A DNA stretch of 44,424 nucleotides from a virus. Taxonomy: Duplodnaviria; Caudoviricetes. Positions 1 to 8,878 of this stretch are shown here, in pieces. Every line of letters begins with the position of its first letter. Position 1 is the first letter of the stretch. The translations under genes and the position numbers were made by a program. The notes below the pieces were generated by a model. That model saw nothing but the letters and a program-made list of their open reading frames with translations. It was not told the DNA's origin and made no database searches. Where the stretch lies: positions 1 through 44,424 of the IMG/VR virus record IMGVR_UViG_3300020137_000003. One strand, given 5' to 3'.

Positions 1-4
1 TCGT

Positions 5-130
5 CCGGGACTTTTCCGAGATCGAGATTTGGATCACCTCACAAGTCGATCGCGTGGCCCCGGACGATTTCCTCCAGCCGAATGATCTCGGCAAGCGACC
101 CTTGCATCTCCCGGATGAGGTTGTCCATCG
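5..130. repeat. 126-bp exact terminal direct repeat (left copy), probably assembly circularisation overlap
   Basis: 5-130 is identical to 44299-44424; bases 1-4 (tcgt) differ from 44295-44298 (cggg). Confidence 0.95.
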
Positions 131-410
131 CCTCATCGTAGTAGTCCCCTACGGGAATGGCCGCGTCGTCAACGTCGAGTTCGTCGGGAACCTCTGCCGC
201 GACGTCCCGGTAGTGGTTCACGAGGCCGAAATCCTGGGCCGCCTCGTGGAGACGGCGGAGCATCGCGGGAATCTCGGCCTTTGCCTGGATGACCCGCACG
301 ACGGCCGCGCGGCCGTCGTGCGCGGCCTCAAAGTAGTCGGTCGCCACCGACTTTGCCCACACCTTGTCGGTGTCGGGGTTCCCCTCCCACACGTCCGCGA
401 ACTTGCCCAT
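39..410 (-). CDS. hypothetical early protein, 123 aa
   Basis: ATG at 410 preceded by GGAGGT; followed, across the circular join, by terminator 44277-44310. Confidence 0.8.
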   Translation of the reverse strand: MGKFADVWEGNPDTDKVWAKSVATDYFEAAHDGRAAVVRVIQAKAEIPAMLRRLHEAAQDFGLVNHYRDVAAEVPDELDVDDAAIPVGDYYDEAMDNLIREMQGSLAEIIRLEEIVRGHAIDL

Positions 411-452
411 GATGACCTCCAAAAATTCCGAGATGGATTGCTGACAGGAAGA

Positions 453-461
453 ACACTACCA
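453..461 (-). promoter_or_regulatory. extended -10 promoter (TGG-TAGTGT) for gene 39..410
   Basis: TGn-TANNNT; GGGTGG motif 36 nt upstream, the same spacing as at 44176/44218. Confidence 0.5.
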
Positions 462-572
462 CAGTCCTGTTTTGATCTTGTTCGGGTTTTTGGGCCACCC
501 GGATGTTGTTCTTGGGTACTTTTCCTAGCCCCACTTTACCTCCAAAATCCTACAACCAAGCCTACCTCTAAC

Positions 573-601
573 TTGACAGGAAATTTTCTCTATGGTACCC
601 T
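573..601 (+). promoter_or_regulatory. SigA-type promoter TTGACA-N17-TACCCT, extended -10
   Basis: TTGACA 573-578, TACCCT 596-601 preceded by TGG; AAGGAG and ATG 637 follow. Confidence 0.75.
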
Positions 602-636
602 TACAACCAAACATACTTCTCCTTAAGGAGCCCGCC

Positions 637-1308
637 ATGTCTGTCCGACCTACAGGACGCCTGCCCAATCCCCTGACAAACCCCTTGATCCAGATGCGAA
701 AGTGTCTGGATCTGTCTCAAGCGCAAGTGGCTTCTCAACTAGATATCTCTCAACAGTACGTGGATCGCTACGAAAATGGCTGCGCGGCCTCTCTGTCGCA
801 CATCATTGCGAACTACTATGACATGATGGTGCCCGGGACTATTCGACGAGAACTCAGCAATGAGATGTTTGCTGACCTACGTTCTTATGGGCTTCCTGAG
901 CATCGTCTCTCTAAGTTCTACGGCTTCACCATGGACATGGTCAAGAACTCTTCGGATGCGTACTTTGCCTCCGCAGATCTTTACCGGTTGTGGGTACGTC
1001 TTGATCGGGCTTACCTTGGCCTTTCTCTTCGTACCAAGCACTTCCTGGAAACCGCACTTACCCACGCACTTAACTGGCCTACGGAAACTAAGGCCCGCCG
1101 GACTTACGGTACACTCTTCCTAGACTCCCTGTCGCTCGGACTTTCCCTCGAACTTCCTGAGGATGACGGGTACTCTTTCCGGGAAATTGCTTCCCTGCTT
1201 CACGTGCACCCGTTTATTCTGACTCGGTTCGGAAAGCACCCTGAGGAACGTATGGGTGTTCCGAAGAGTGTTACACTTGCTATTGAGGAGATTCTCGATG
1301 GGTTCTGA
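637..1308 (+). CDS. XRE-family HTH DNA-binding protein
   Basis: LIQMRKCLDLSQAQVASQLDISQQYVDRYENG is an XRE HTH; a second HTH-like segment (SFREIASLLHVHP) lies near the C-terminus. Confidence 0.75.
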   Translation: MSVRPTGRLPNPLTNPLIQMRKCLDLSQAQVASQLDISQQYVDRYENGCAASLSHIIANYYDMMVPGTIRRELSNEMFADLRSYGLPEHRLSKFYGFTMDMVKNSSDAYFASADLYRLWVRLDRAYLGLSLRTKHFLETALTHALNWPTETKARRTYGTLFLDSLSLGLSLELPEDDGYSFREIASLLHVHPFILTRFGKHPEERMGVPKSVTLAIEEILDGF

Positions 1309-2101
1309 GTTTGAGTACGATGCGCTCTTTACCCTTGAAGAACTTGTCTCAGGAGGTGCGACAGTAGAAAAGGACGTTGCTGTTGTTCCTGACGTAGACG
1401 TAGTCGCCATTCCGGTGGTTGACTTGTCTGAGCCTGTTACTAATGGTACGAAGATGATGCTCGTGCCTTACCCTACTGGCTACGACAAGGAAGTTTTCCG
1501 AAGGGTGCTTTCCGGGGCTTACCAGGATTACTTGTCTTTCGGGGAGATTTCCCCGGGCCGGGTGGCTTCTTTGGTGGGGGTGCCTTTGGCTACCTGCCAA
1601 GGACTCCTGTCGACTGAAGAACTTGCCCGGGCGCTGTCGCTTCGGGGGGTTTCTACTTCTGGCTACCTGACGCCACAGCAGGATGCAGCGCTTGTCATTC
1701 TCTCGGACATTGGGACAAAGAAGAACTTTGCCGGACGGCTCAAGGATGCGGGGATTACTTACCCTATCTTCCAAGCCTGGATGCAGCAGCCGGTCTTTGC
1801 TCGCCGCTGGCAAGAAATCTCTGAGAAGATTACAGCGGATTCGGGACTTGCGCTGGTAGAATTGGGGCGTAAGGTTGGCGAAGGAGACATGCAGGCGATT
1901 CGCCTGCAACTCGAAGTTAACCGGCGGCACGACCCTGTCGCAAACCAAATGTTGGACGCTACTGTCTTGATTTCAAAGATTGTGGACGTACTGGCGAAAA
2001 AGCTTCGCAACCACCCTGACGTTTTTCAAGAAACGGTTGCTGAACTTAAGGCCGTTGCTGATGCAATTGAGACCAAGCAAGCACCGACTCTGAACTTTTA
2101 G
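1298..2101 (+). CDS. HTH protein, possible terminase small subunit
   Basis: GAGGAG SD; HTH-like segments; FQAWMQQPVF...GDMQAIRLQLE resembles TerS-like proteins; lies upstream of TerL. Confidence 0.5.
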   Translation: MGSEFEYDALFTLEELVSGGATVEKDVAVVPDVDVVAIPVVDLSEPVTNGTKMMLVPYPTGYDKEVFRRVLSGAYQDYLSFGEISPGRVASLVGVPLATCQGLLSTEELARALSLRGVSTSGYLTPQQDAALVILSDIGTKKNFAGRLKDAGITYPIFQAWMQQPVFARRWQEISEKITADSGLALVELGRKVGEGDMQAIRLQLEVNRRHDPVANQMLDATVLISKIVDVLAKKLRNHPDVFQETVAELKAVADAIETKQAPTLNF

Positions 2102-2109
2102 GAGCAGAG

Positions 2110-2706
2110 ATGGAATACACCAGTAAGGGGCTGAGGAAGCCTCAAGATGGTGAGCCCGCTAGGGTAGAAGACCTTAACTTTAACTCCGACCTGCTGAACA
2201 ACCAGGCGATGGGGGCATTTGTCTGCACCTCCACTACGCGGCCCACGGGAGGTAACAGGTGGGTCGGGCAGATTATTTTTGAAGAGGACACTAACGCTAC
2301 TTACTTGTATGACGGTACGGGGTGGCGGAGCATTCCTCTGCTTGTTAGTTCTGTTGATGTGGACGGACTGAACGGCTTTACATCATCTGTGCGCCTCAAC
2401 AAGTATTCTGATGGAATGATTGATATTGTGGGCAACTTGCAAGGCACGCCCACGGCGGGCTCCCCTACGGGCTCCGGTTTTACTATGCTGAGCCTTCCTT
2501 CGGGGTACCGCCCCTCTAACTCTTTCAAGGTTTGGGTGGGGTGTAGCACTCCTTCAAGTAGCAATCAGAGATATATTGGATTTGAGGCCGGAACTAGCAC
2601 TGTAACATGCATCTGGTCAGGGGGTATCTCCGGGAGCACCTGGGCACAAGGTACGGCTGGGTCAGGGGCGTTTATGTCTGGCATTCGATACCGAGCGCAG
2701 GGATAG
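2110..2706 (+). CDS. tail fibre / receptor-binding-like minor tail protein
   Basis: N-terminal GLRKP..DLNFN and CTSTTRP..WVGQIIFEEDT..YDGTGW, C-terminal LPSGYRP; motifs typical of actinophage fibre proteins. Confidence 0.65.
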   Translation: MEYTSKGLRKPQDGEPARVEDLNFNSDLLNNQAMGAFVCTSTTRPTGGNRWVGQIIFEEDTNATYLYDGTGWRSIPLLVSSVDVDGLNGFTSSVRLNKYSDGMIDIVGNLQGTPTAGSPTGSGFTMLSLPSGYRPSNSFKVWVGCSTPSSSNQRYIGFEAGTSTVTCIWSGGISGSTWAQGTAGSGAFMSGIRYRAQG

Positions 2707-2715
2707 TAAGGAGGG

Positions 2716-3432
2716 GTGATGTCTACTACTCTTAATGGCTGGCCGATCACAGATTCAACCTACAGATTTTGGGTAAAGGGAGACTCTAACGGTTGCGCAG
2801 TTCGTCCGGAACTAGTTCCGGCTTTTGAATGGCTTGCAGAGCAACTGTCGCAAGTAGAGCCTTTGGTTTCGCTTAATGGCTGGCGCAGTCAAGCTGATAA
2901 TACTTACTACCACGGGCACCCCCGTAGTGACCATATGTCAGGGACTGCAATTGACTTCAACGGAGCAAAGCACCCTTACGAAGCCAACCAAAAGGGCGCC
3001 TGGACCTCGGGGTTCTCTGCAACTCAGACCAAGAAGATTCGAGAGATTCTCAAGTATGCAGGCATCTTTGAATGGGGGGCTGACTACCCTGTCGGACTTC
3101 GGGATGCTATGCACTTTGGTTTGAAGCCTGGGACTACTCGTACGCAGGTGCTTAACTTTATCGACCGCATGGAGGATGACGAAATGGCAAGCAAGGCCGA
3201 CCAGATTCTGGCTGAACTCAAGGCAATTAGCAGCAAGTTGACTCTGGTGGAAGCCCGGACTACTAAGTACCTCGACAGCAAGAACTCTGAGACCCTAGGT
3301 TTGGTTCGGACTATCGAGGCGCGAACCACCAAGTATCTTGACAGCAAGAACTCCGAGACTCTTTACAACACTCGGGAACTTTTGGCTCTGTCGAAGGACG
3401 AGACTCCTATCCAAGTGCGTAACGATGGCTAG
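2716..3432 (+). CDS. endolysin, peptidase M15 family
   Basis: GWR...SDHMSGTAIDFN...WGADY...DAMHF zinc-peptidase motifs; AAGGAGG SD; start GTG 2716 or ATG 2719. Confidence 0.85.
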   Translation: MMSTTLNGWPITDSTYRFWVKGDSNGCAVRPELVPAFEWLAEQLSQVEPLVSLNGWRSQADNTYYHGHPRSDHMSGTAIDFNGAKHPYEANQKGAWTSGFSATQTKKIREILKYAGIFEWGADYPVGLRDAMHFGLKPGTTRTQVLNFIDRMEDDEMASKADQILAELKAISSKLTLVEARTTKYLDSKNSETLGLVRTIEARTTKYLDSKNSETLYNTRELLALSKDETPIQVRNDG

Positions 3433-3772
3433 GCAGTACGGACAACTTTCTCGGGAAGAGGAAGAGCGGCAGAGAACTGCGGGATATCGAAAGGCTGAAC
3501 CTAAGGTTAAGCCGGAGGACCCTTCTCCGCCGACTAAGGTTGTGGAGGACTTCCATAAGAACGTGGCGCTTGACACTCGACCTGAGGATAAGCACCACAC
3601 TCTCGGGCTTAGCCCTAATCAGGCGTCTCCGGGAAATCACACGCATAATGGTTCCGATTCGCCATTGCTTCTTGACGGGATAGTTTTGACTGGCAGTAAG
3701 GGCGGCAACGCTGCCTTGCTTTCTGTCATCTCTGCACTTGTCCGACTTGGTGCTAGGGACGCAACAACTTAG
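3425..3772 (+). CDS. small putative virion/fibre-associated protein
   Basis: overlaps endolysin stop; HHTLG..QASPGNHTH His motif as seen in fibre proteins. Confidence 0.6.
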   Translation: MARQYGQLSREEEERQRTAGYRKAEPKVKPEDPSPPTKVVEDFHKNVALDTRPEDKHHTLGLSPNQASPGNHTHNGSDSPLLLDGIVLTGSKGGNAALLSVISALVRLGARDATT

Positions 3773-3780
3773 GATGGAAA

Positions 3781-5400
3781 ATGGCTAAGAAGCCACAGCC
3801 GTCCTTGGCAGAAGCCCTTCGGGATATTTCCGAAGGGCTTTCTGTTAAGGTTAAGTCGACCGGAATGGACGGCTATAAGCCTCACGACAAGCAGGTTCTC
3901 TTTCACAAGTCTGACGACTACATCCGTCTGTATATCGGAGGTAACCGAGCCGGTAAGACTCATGGCGGGGTTATGGAAGACTTGTATTGGGCGACAGGGC
4001 GGCACCCTTTCATTAAGACTCCGCCTCCGCCTGTGCGAATTCGCGTGGTGACGGTTGACTTCATTCAAGGTTTGCTTGAGATTATGCTCCCCAAGTTTAA
4101 GGATTTGACGAATAGGGCAGACCTTAAGGGTGGGACTTGGGACAAGGCTTGGAACAAGCAAGAGCGCAAGTTGATCTTTGCTAACGGCTCTGAGATTCAG
4201 TTCATGTCATATGAGCAGGAACTAGAGAAGTTTGCTGGTACTTCCCAGCACCTCATCCATTTTGACGAAGAGCCTCCCCAGCATATCTACAACGAGTGTG
4301 CTGCACGTCTTATCGACACCAACGGACGCATCCTTATGACGATGACTCCCGTTGAAGGTATTACATGGGTGCACGATGAGATTTACGAGCCGACTCAGAA
4401 CGCTTCTGACAGAGAAAATCTTGTTAGAGGCGGGGACGAAATTGGTCCCGTATATCGTAGCAACAAGACAGAGACTACGATTATCGAAGTCGGGATGAAC
4501 GAAAACCCTTATCTCGGCAAGGCAGCCCAGGAGCGGTACCTTAAGACACTAACAAAAGAAGAGCGAGCCGCTCGTTCTAAGGGCTCCTTCGTCTCTGTCG
4601 GAGGTAAGGTTTTTAAGGATTTTTCTCCTGAGACGCACGTTATTCCTCCCTTGGAGACACGAGGAAGTCTCAAGGCACTTCTAGAGTTGGCGTATGTTTA
4701 CACCTCTACAGACCACGGGTGGAATAACCCTACAGCCTGGTTGTGGCACGCCGTTTTTAGTGACGGCCGAGTTGTCACTTTTCACGAGCACTACGCTAGT
4801 GAGATGACAATTGCAGAGCACGCTAAGATTGTCAAGAACTTTGAAAAGACTTTCGGAATTAGCGTGTACGTAAGAACAGGCGACCCCGCTATGGGGCAGC
4901 ACTCTGCGATCACAGGCACGTCTATCCTGCAAGAGTATTCTTCTCATGACCTGCACATCTATACAGATTCTGTGCCCAAGGACCCCGCAATCGGGATCGC
5001 GAAGATGACGCAGTATTTTCGGCCCATCGGCAGGACGTACACAGAAGATGGGGCCCTTCTGTCGAAGGGTGTTCCTATGTGGCAGATTACGGAGAACTGT
5101 CCAAACTTTATCAAGGAACTACGCAACTTGCAGTGGCAGAAGTACGAATCCCGCAAGGTGCAGTTCAAGAACAATAAGCAGGAAGCGGTGCAAAAGAAGG
5201 ATGACCACGCTTTTGACTCCGCAAAGTATTTTGCTACCTTCCTTCCTGAACTTGCTCCTGATGCCCCACCGCCTGCTAAGCCAGATGTAACCGGGTATAC
5301 TGGACTTGTTCGATACGACGAGGCGTTGCTTCGCGCGGAAGAACGAAAGGTTGAGACAGCAGAAACCTCAGCCTGGGAAACCATCGAAACGTACATGTGA
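3781..5400 (+). CDS. terL: terminase large subunit
   Basis: Walker A GGNRAGKT, Walker B IHFDEE, TMTP motif III, nuclease TDHG and DDHAFDSAKY. Confidence 0.95.
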   Translation: MAKKPQPSLAEALRDISEGLSVKVKSTGMDGYKPHDKQVLFHKSDDYIRLYIGGNRAGKTHGGVMEDLYWATGRHPFIKTPPPPVRIRVVTVDFIQGLLEIMLPKFKDLTNRADLKGGTWDKAWNKQERKLIFANGSEIQFMSYEQELEKFAGTSQHLIHFDEEPPQHIYNECAARLIDTNGRILMTMTPVEGITWVHDEIYEPTQNASDRENLVRGGDEIGPVYRSNKTETTIIEVGMNENPYLGKAAQERYLKTLTKEERAARSKGSFVSVGGKVFKDFSPETHVIPPLETRGSLKALLELAYVYTSTDHGWNNPTAWLWHAVFSDGRVVTFHEHYASEMTIAEHAKIVKNFEKTFGISVYVRTGDPAMGQHSAITGTSILQEYSSHDLHIYTDSVPKDPAIGIAKMTQYFRPIGRTYTEDGALLSKGVPMWQITENCPNFIKELRNLQWQKYESRKVQFKNNKQEAVQKKDDHAFDSAKYFATFLPELAPDAPPPAKPDVTGYTGLVRYDEALLRAEERKVETAETSAWETIETYM

Positions 5401-5408
5401 GGGCTATC

Positions 5409-5780
5409 ATGGCTGACGAAGAAGTTGTTGGGCTTTTTAACGCCAACGAGGGAATTAAGGGCCGAGACGGCGGTCCGTATCTTGACCAGGTGCAGGACAC
5501 TCTTGCGGAAATTGCTCGTGCGGCGATTGAGGACCGCGATCCTGTTTCTCCGCCTCCCGCGAGCGTCGGTACCCCGCTCGTTACCGAGACTCAACTTATT
5601 GCTAACTTCGTGCGGACCAACATCGACCACCGTAATTCTGGGGCAGACACAACCGTTACGGTTGACCCTGTCGCGGAAGTTCCAGTTTCGGTTATCGAAG
5701 CGGATGAGTACGAGCCGCCGGAGGAAGAAGACCCTGTCGAGGGGCAGGGCTTTGCTGGCCCCGAAATTGGTCTCGACTAA
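5409..5780 (+). CDS. acidic hypothetical protein
   Basis: GAGG SD; tiles between terL and the next gene. Confidence 0.75.
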   Translation: MADEEVVGLFNANEGIKGRDGGPYLDQVQDTLAEIARAAIEDRDPVSPPPASVGTPLVTETQLIANFVRTNIDHRNSGADTTVTVDPVAEVPVSVIEADEYEPPEEEDPVEGQGFAGPEIGLD

Positions 5781-5798
5781 GAGTTAGGCAGCAGGAAC

Positions 5799-6344
5799 AT
5801 GGCTGAGGAAAACATCTACAGCCGCTTCCGTGTCCTGGCCGCGCCTGTAGCGCGGCCAGGACATTGCTTTCTGTGTAGCGGCATTTCTCATCCGCCTTTT
5901 GCGGACACTGGCATCTCTATTGACTTCGAGGGTGCCGTCATCGTTTGCTCCGCCTGCATTACGGAGATGTACCGTCAAATTGGCGGGGTCATCGTAGAAG
6001 ATTCTGTTGATGAGGCTGAACTCGTGCAGCAGGCATTCTCTGAGGGCCGGGAAGCAGGCATTATCGAGACTATGGAGAAGTTCAATGCCTTTTTGGCTTC
6101 TAGTGACGCTGGTATCTCTGCTGGCGATTCTGATTCTCCTGCTGATTCTTCCGACGGTACTTCTGTTTCGAGTGCTGCTGAAGACTCTAACGGAAGCGGG
6201 ACAGCAGTCAGTAAGAACCGTAAGCCTGCTCGAAAGTCAGGTAAGAGCGCTGACGAAGGCTCAAGCACTTCTGGCGAGCAAGGACGCGATGACGTTCCAA
6301 GCGATTCAGGCAATGGAGATGCTCTCCCCAACCTCAACTTCTGA
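5799..6344 (+). CDS. hypothetical protein, CxxC...CxxC N-domain plus disordered tail
   Basis: CFLC and CSAC pairs; Ser/Asp/Gly-rich C-terminal half; AGGA SD. Confidence 0.75.
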   Translation: MAEENIYSRFRVLAAPVARPGHCFLCSGISHPPFADTGISIDFEGAVIVCSACITEMYRQIGGVIVEDSVDEAELVQQAFSEGREAGIIETMEKFNAFLASSDAGISAGDSDSPADSSDGTSVSSAAEDSNGSGTAVSKNRKPARKSGKSADEGSSTSGEQGRDDVPSDSGNGDALPNLNF

Positions 6345-6468
6345 GGCACCGGAAGAAGAGGAATTCATCTCGGACGAAGAGTTCGAGTTCCTTGTCAATA
6401 AGCAACTATCGGGAGAGGAATTGACCTCGGATGAGCGACGTAGATTTGAACTTGGCGCTGCTGGCTGA
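6085..6468 (+). CDS. membrane protein overprinted on 5799..6344
   Basis: GGAG SD and ATG 6085; long hydrophobic N-terminal helix, coiled coil, acidic tail; fills the 6345-6430 gap before the portal. Confidence 0.7.
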   Translation: MPFWLLVTLVSLLAILILLLILPTVLLFRVLLKTLTEAGQQSVRTVSLLESQVRALTKAQALLASKDAMTFQAIQAMEMLSPTSTSEAPEEEEFISDEEFEFLVNKQLSGEELTSDERRRFELGAAG

Positions 6469-8566
6469 CATTAAGCCCGAGCCCGCGATCGACGTTGCGA
6501 AGTTTCGTGAGTCGGACGAGGGCAAGGCGCTAGTTTCCTGGGCTCTGTCGCAGCACAAGGCAATGAAGAGCGCGCGGCAAACTGAAGAGCGCGACTGGAA
6601 GCGCAACTATGCAATGTACAGCGGCAAGCAGTACATTCAGATTTTGCGACAGGGGCAGTACGCAGGCCAGTGGATTGAAAAGCCCCGGTCTGCAAGTCAG
6701 GAACGTAAGACGATCAACCGTATTGAGCCCATGATTCGTACGGAGATTTCTCGTCTTACTTCGCAAAAGCCCTCCGCTTCGGTGCTGCCTGCATCTTCTG
6801 ATGACGCAGACATGTTTGCGGCTTTTGCTGGTGAGCAGGTGTGGGAATCTCACTCCGATCGCCGTAAGTTTCCCTCCGTTTTGATGGAGGCCGTTTTCTG
6901 GCTCTGCATTACGGGCAACGGGTATATTAAGACGTACTGGGACGAGTCAGAGATTGATCGAGACTCCGGGGAGCAGGGTGACGTTGTTTTTGAAAACGTC
7001 ACTCCGTTTAACGTCCTGGTTCCTGACCTTCGGGCTACGGATATCGAGAAGCAGCCCTACCTGTGCAACTACTACACCAAGCCTCTGTCCTGGTTGAAGA
7101 TGTTCTATGGTGATGCGCTCAAGGGCATTAAGCTGACCCCTTCCTCTAACGCGGCAAATGAGATTATCGAGGATTCCGTTCTCAATCTCTCTGATGCGCA
7201 AAAGGCACAGCCTGACTCCTGCGTTGTGTACGAGTTTTGGGTTAAGCCGCGAGGCCACGAAAGTCTGCCGAACGGCGGCTACTTTGTTATCGTGGACGAT
7301 GTTCTTGTCGCGTACTCTGACTCATACCCTTATGCTCACGGTGAGTTTCCTATTGCTAGCGTGGGTCACCTTTTGACGGGTAAGTTCTACCGTCGGTCGG
7401 TCATCAATAGTGTGTGCGACTTGCAGAAGGACTACAACTCCTGGCGCTCGCAACTTTCAGACGCCCGAAAGAAGATGGGCAAGCCTCAACTTACTGCGGT
7501 TAAGGGTTCGGTATCTGCTGCCCGTTGGTCCAACACAACGGGTATGCTTATCGAAGTTCGGCCTGGCTTCCAGTTCCCGCAGCCTCTGCCAATTGCTCCG
7601 CTTCCTCAGTACATTATGGAAGAGGGGCAGCACATCCTCACGGATATTGAGGACATTTCGGGACAGCACCAAGTTTCTAAGGGCAATGTCCCTCCGGGTG
7701 TCACGGCAGCCACGGCCATTTCTTACTTGCAGGAAAAGGACGATTCCTACCTGTCGCCTACCTACCAGTCGATTGAGGACTTCTGCCAGAAGATTGCACG
7801 TCAGACTTTGTCGCTTGTCGTGCAGTTCTGGGACATTCCGCGACTGGTTAAGGTTGCAGGAGACGATAGCCAGTTTGACGCCTTGCAACTTTCAGGCTCG
7901 GATATTGCTAACGGTACGGACATTAGGATCGAAGCCGGGTCCTCCCTTCCCACGTCTAAGGCAGCACGCCAGGCATTCGTCATGGACTTGATGAACGCAG
8001 GATTTGTCGAGCCCGACCGTGGACTGGAAATTCTTGAAATTGGCGGGGCTACAAAGCTGATCGACCAACTTAAGACAGACAAGCGGCAGGCACAGCGCGA
8101 AAACATCAAGATGAAGTCGCTGACTCCCGAGGATTTGGAACTTCACCAAATGAATTGGGCTACGCTGCAAGCGCAAGGAGACCCGAGCACGGTTTCACAG
8201 ATTGGCGAACCCCTGGAAGCACCGCCTGTCGTCACTGTGAATTCGTGGGACAATCACCAAGTGCACATCGACACACACAACCTCTACCGTCGCAGCCAGG
8301 CGTTCCAGTTCCTGTCTGACGAAATCAAGGTACAGTTTGAGACGCACGTCAATATGCACAAGCAGATGTTGCAACAAGATCAGTTGCAGCAGATGCTTGC
8401 GGGGATTCCTTCTGACGGCTCTGCACCTGGTATCTCTGGTATCATTGATCCAAGCACAGGCCAAGCAGTAAATGAGCCCACCGACGGATCGGGCCAAGGT
8501 GTTCCGACGTCCGATCCTTTGTCCGCGATGGGAGGTGAAACTACCAATGGCACAGCAGGGGAATGA
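6431..8566 (+). CDS. portal protein
   Basis: 711 aa after TerL; TINRIEPMI, GNGYIKTYWD, EDISGQHQVSKG..TAATAIS portal-like motifs. Confidence 0.88.
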   Translation: MSDVDLNLALLADIKPEPAIDVAKFRESDEGKALVSWALSQHKAMKSARQTEERDWKRNYAMYSGKQYIQILRQGQYAGQWIEKPRSASQERKTINRIEPMIRTEISRLTSQKPSASVLPASSDDADMFAAFAGEQVWESHSDRRKFPSVLMEAVFWLCITGNGYIKTYWDESEIDRDSGEQGDVVFENVTPFNVLVPDLRATDIEKQPYLCNYYTKPLSWLKMFYGDALKGIKLTPSSNAANEIIEDSVLNLSDAQKAQPDSCVVYEFWVKPRGHESLPNGGYFVIVDDVLVAYSDSYPYAHGEFPIASVGHLLTGKFYRRSVINSVCDLQKDYNSWRSQLSDARKKMGKPQLTAVKGSVSAARWSNTTGMLIEVRPGFQFPQPLPIAPLPQYIMEEGQHILTDIEDISGQHQVSKGNVPPGVTAATAISYLQEKDDSYLSPTYQSIEDFCQKIARQTLSLVVQFWDIPRLVKVAGDDSQFDALQLSGSDIANGTDIRIEAGSSLPTSKAARQAFVMDLMNAGFVEPDRGLEILEIGGATKLIDQLKTDKRQAQRENIKMKSLTPEDLELHQMNWATLQAQGDPSTVSQIGEPLEAPPVVTVNSWDNHQVHIDTHNLYRRSQAFQFLSDEIKVQFETHVNMHKQMLQQDQLQQMLAGIPSDGSAPGISGIIDPSTGQAVNEPTDGSGQGVPTSDPLSAMGGETTNGTAGE

Positions 8567-8774
8567 CCTGTCGGGTAACTATCTCGGCAATGCTCGTCCT
8601 GTTATGAACAAGGCGGATCAAGACAACATCTCTTCGGAGGATTTCGCTAAGTTCCAGAATGTTGGCACGATGAAGGAAGCCCTTCTTGAAGAGGGCTACA
8701 CTGCGGCGCAACTCAACATTATGACGAAGAACGATCTCAACTATGCGCTTCGGGGCAAGTTGGGCCTTCGGTAG
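8547..8774 (+). CDS. small hypothetical protein, 75 aa
   Basis: GGAGGTG SD and ATG 8547. Confidence 0.75.
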   Translation: MAQQGNDLSGNYLGNARPVMNKADQDNISSEDFAKFQNVGTMKEALLEEGYTAAQLNIMTKNDLNYALRGKLGLR

Positions 8775-8867
8775 TGCTATACTGCTTTCATCCTTGTAGG
8801 AACTTGCCAGGGCGGGGACGTACAGCAAGTCAGACTTACCGCTAGGGCGCGCGAGCGTACAGCGAAG
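8775..8867 (+). promoter_or_regulatory. extended -10 (TGC-TATACT) plus two tandem RNA hairpins in the scaffold leader
   Basis: TATACT 8778-8783; hairpins 8802-8830 and 8835-8867 share an AGGG/TAC internal loop and GNRA loops. Confidence 0.6.
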
Positions 8868-8878
8868 ATTGGTTTAAA

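Noticed and set aside
5-130. Terminal repeat as a biological DTR
   Set aside because: It cuts through a gene and a terminator, and its length is close to a common assembler k-mer overlap; reads are needed to find the real ends
637-1308. XRE protein as lysogeny repressor
   Set aside because: No integrase, parAB or att site recognisable; the gene heads the late operon
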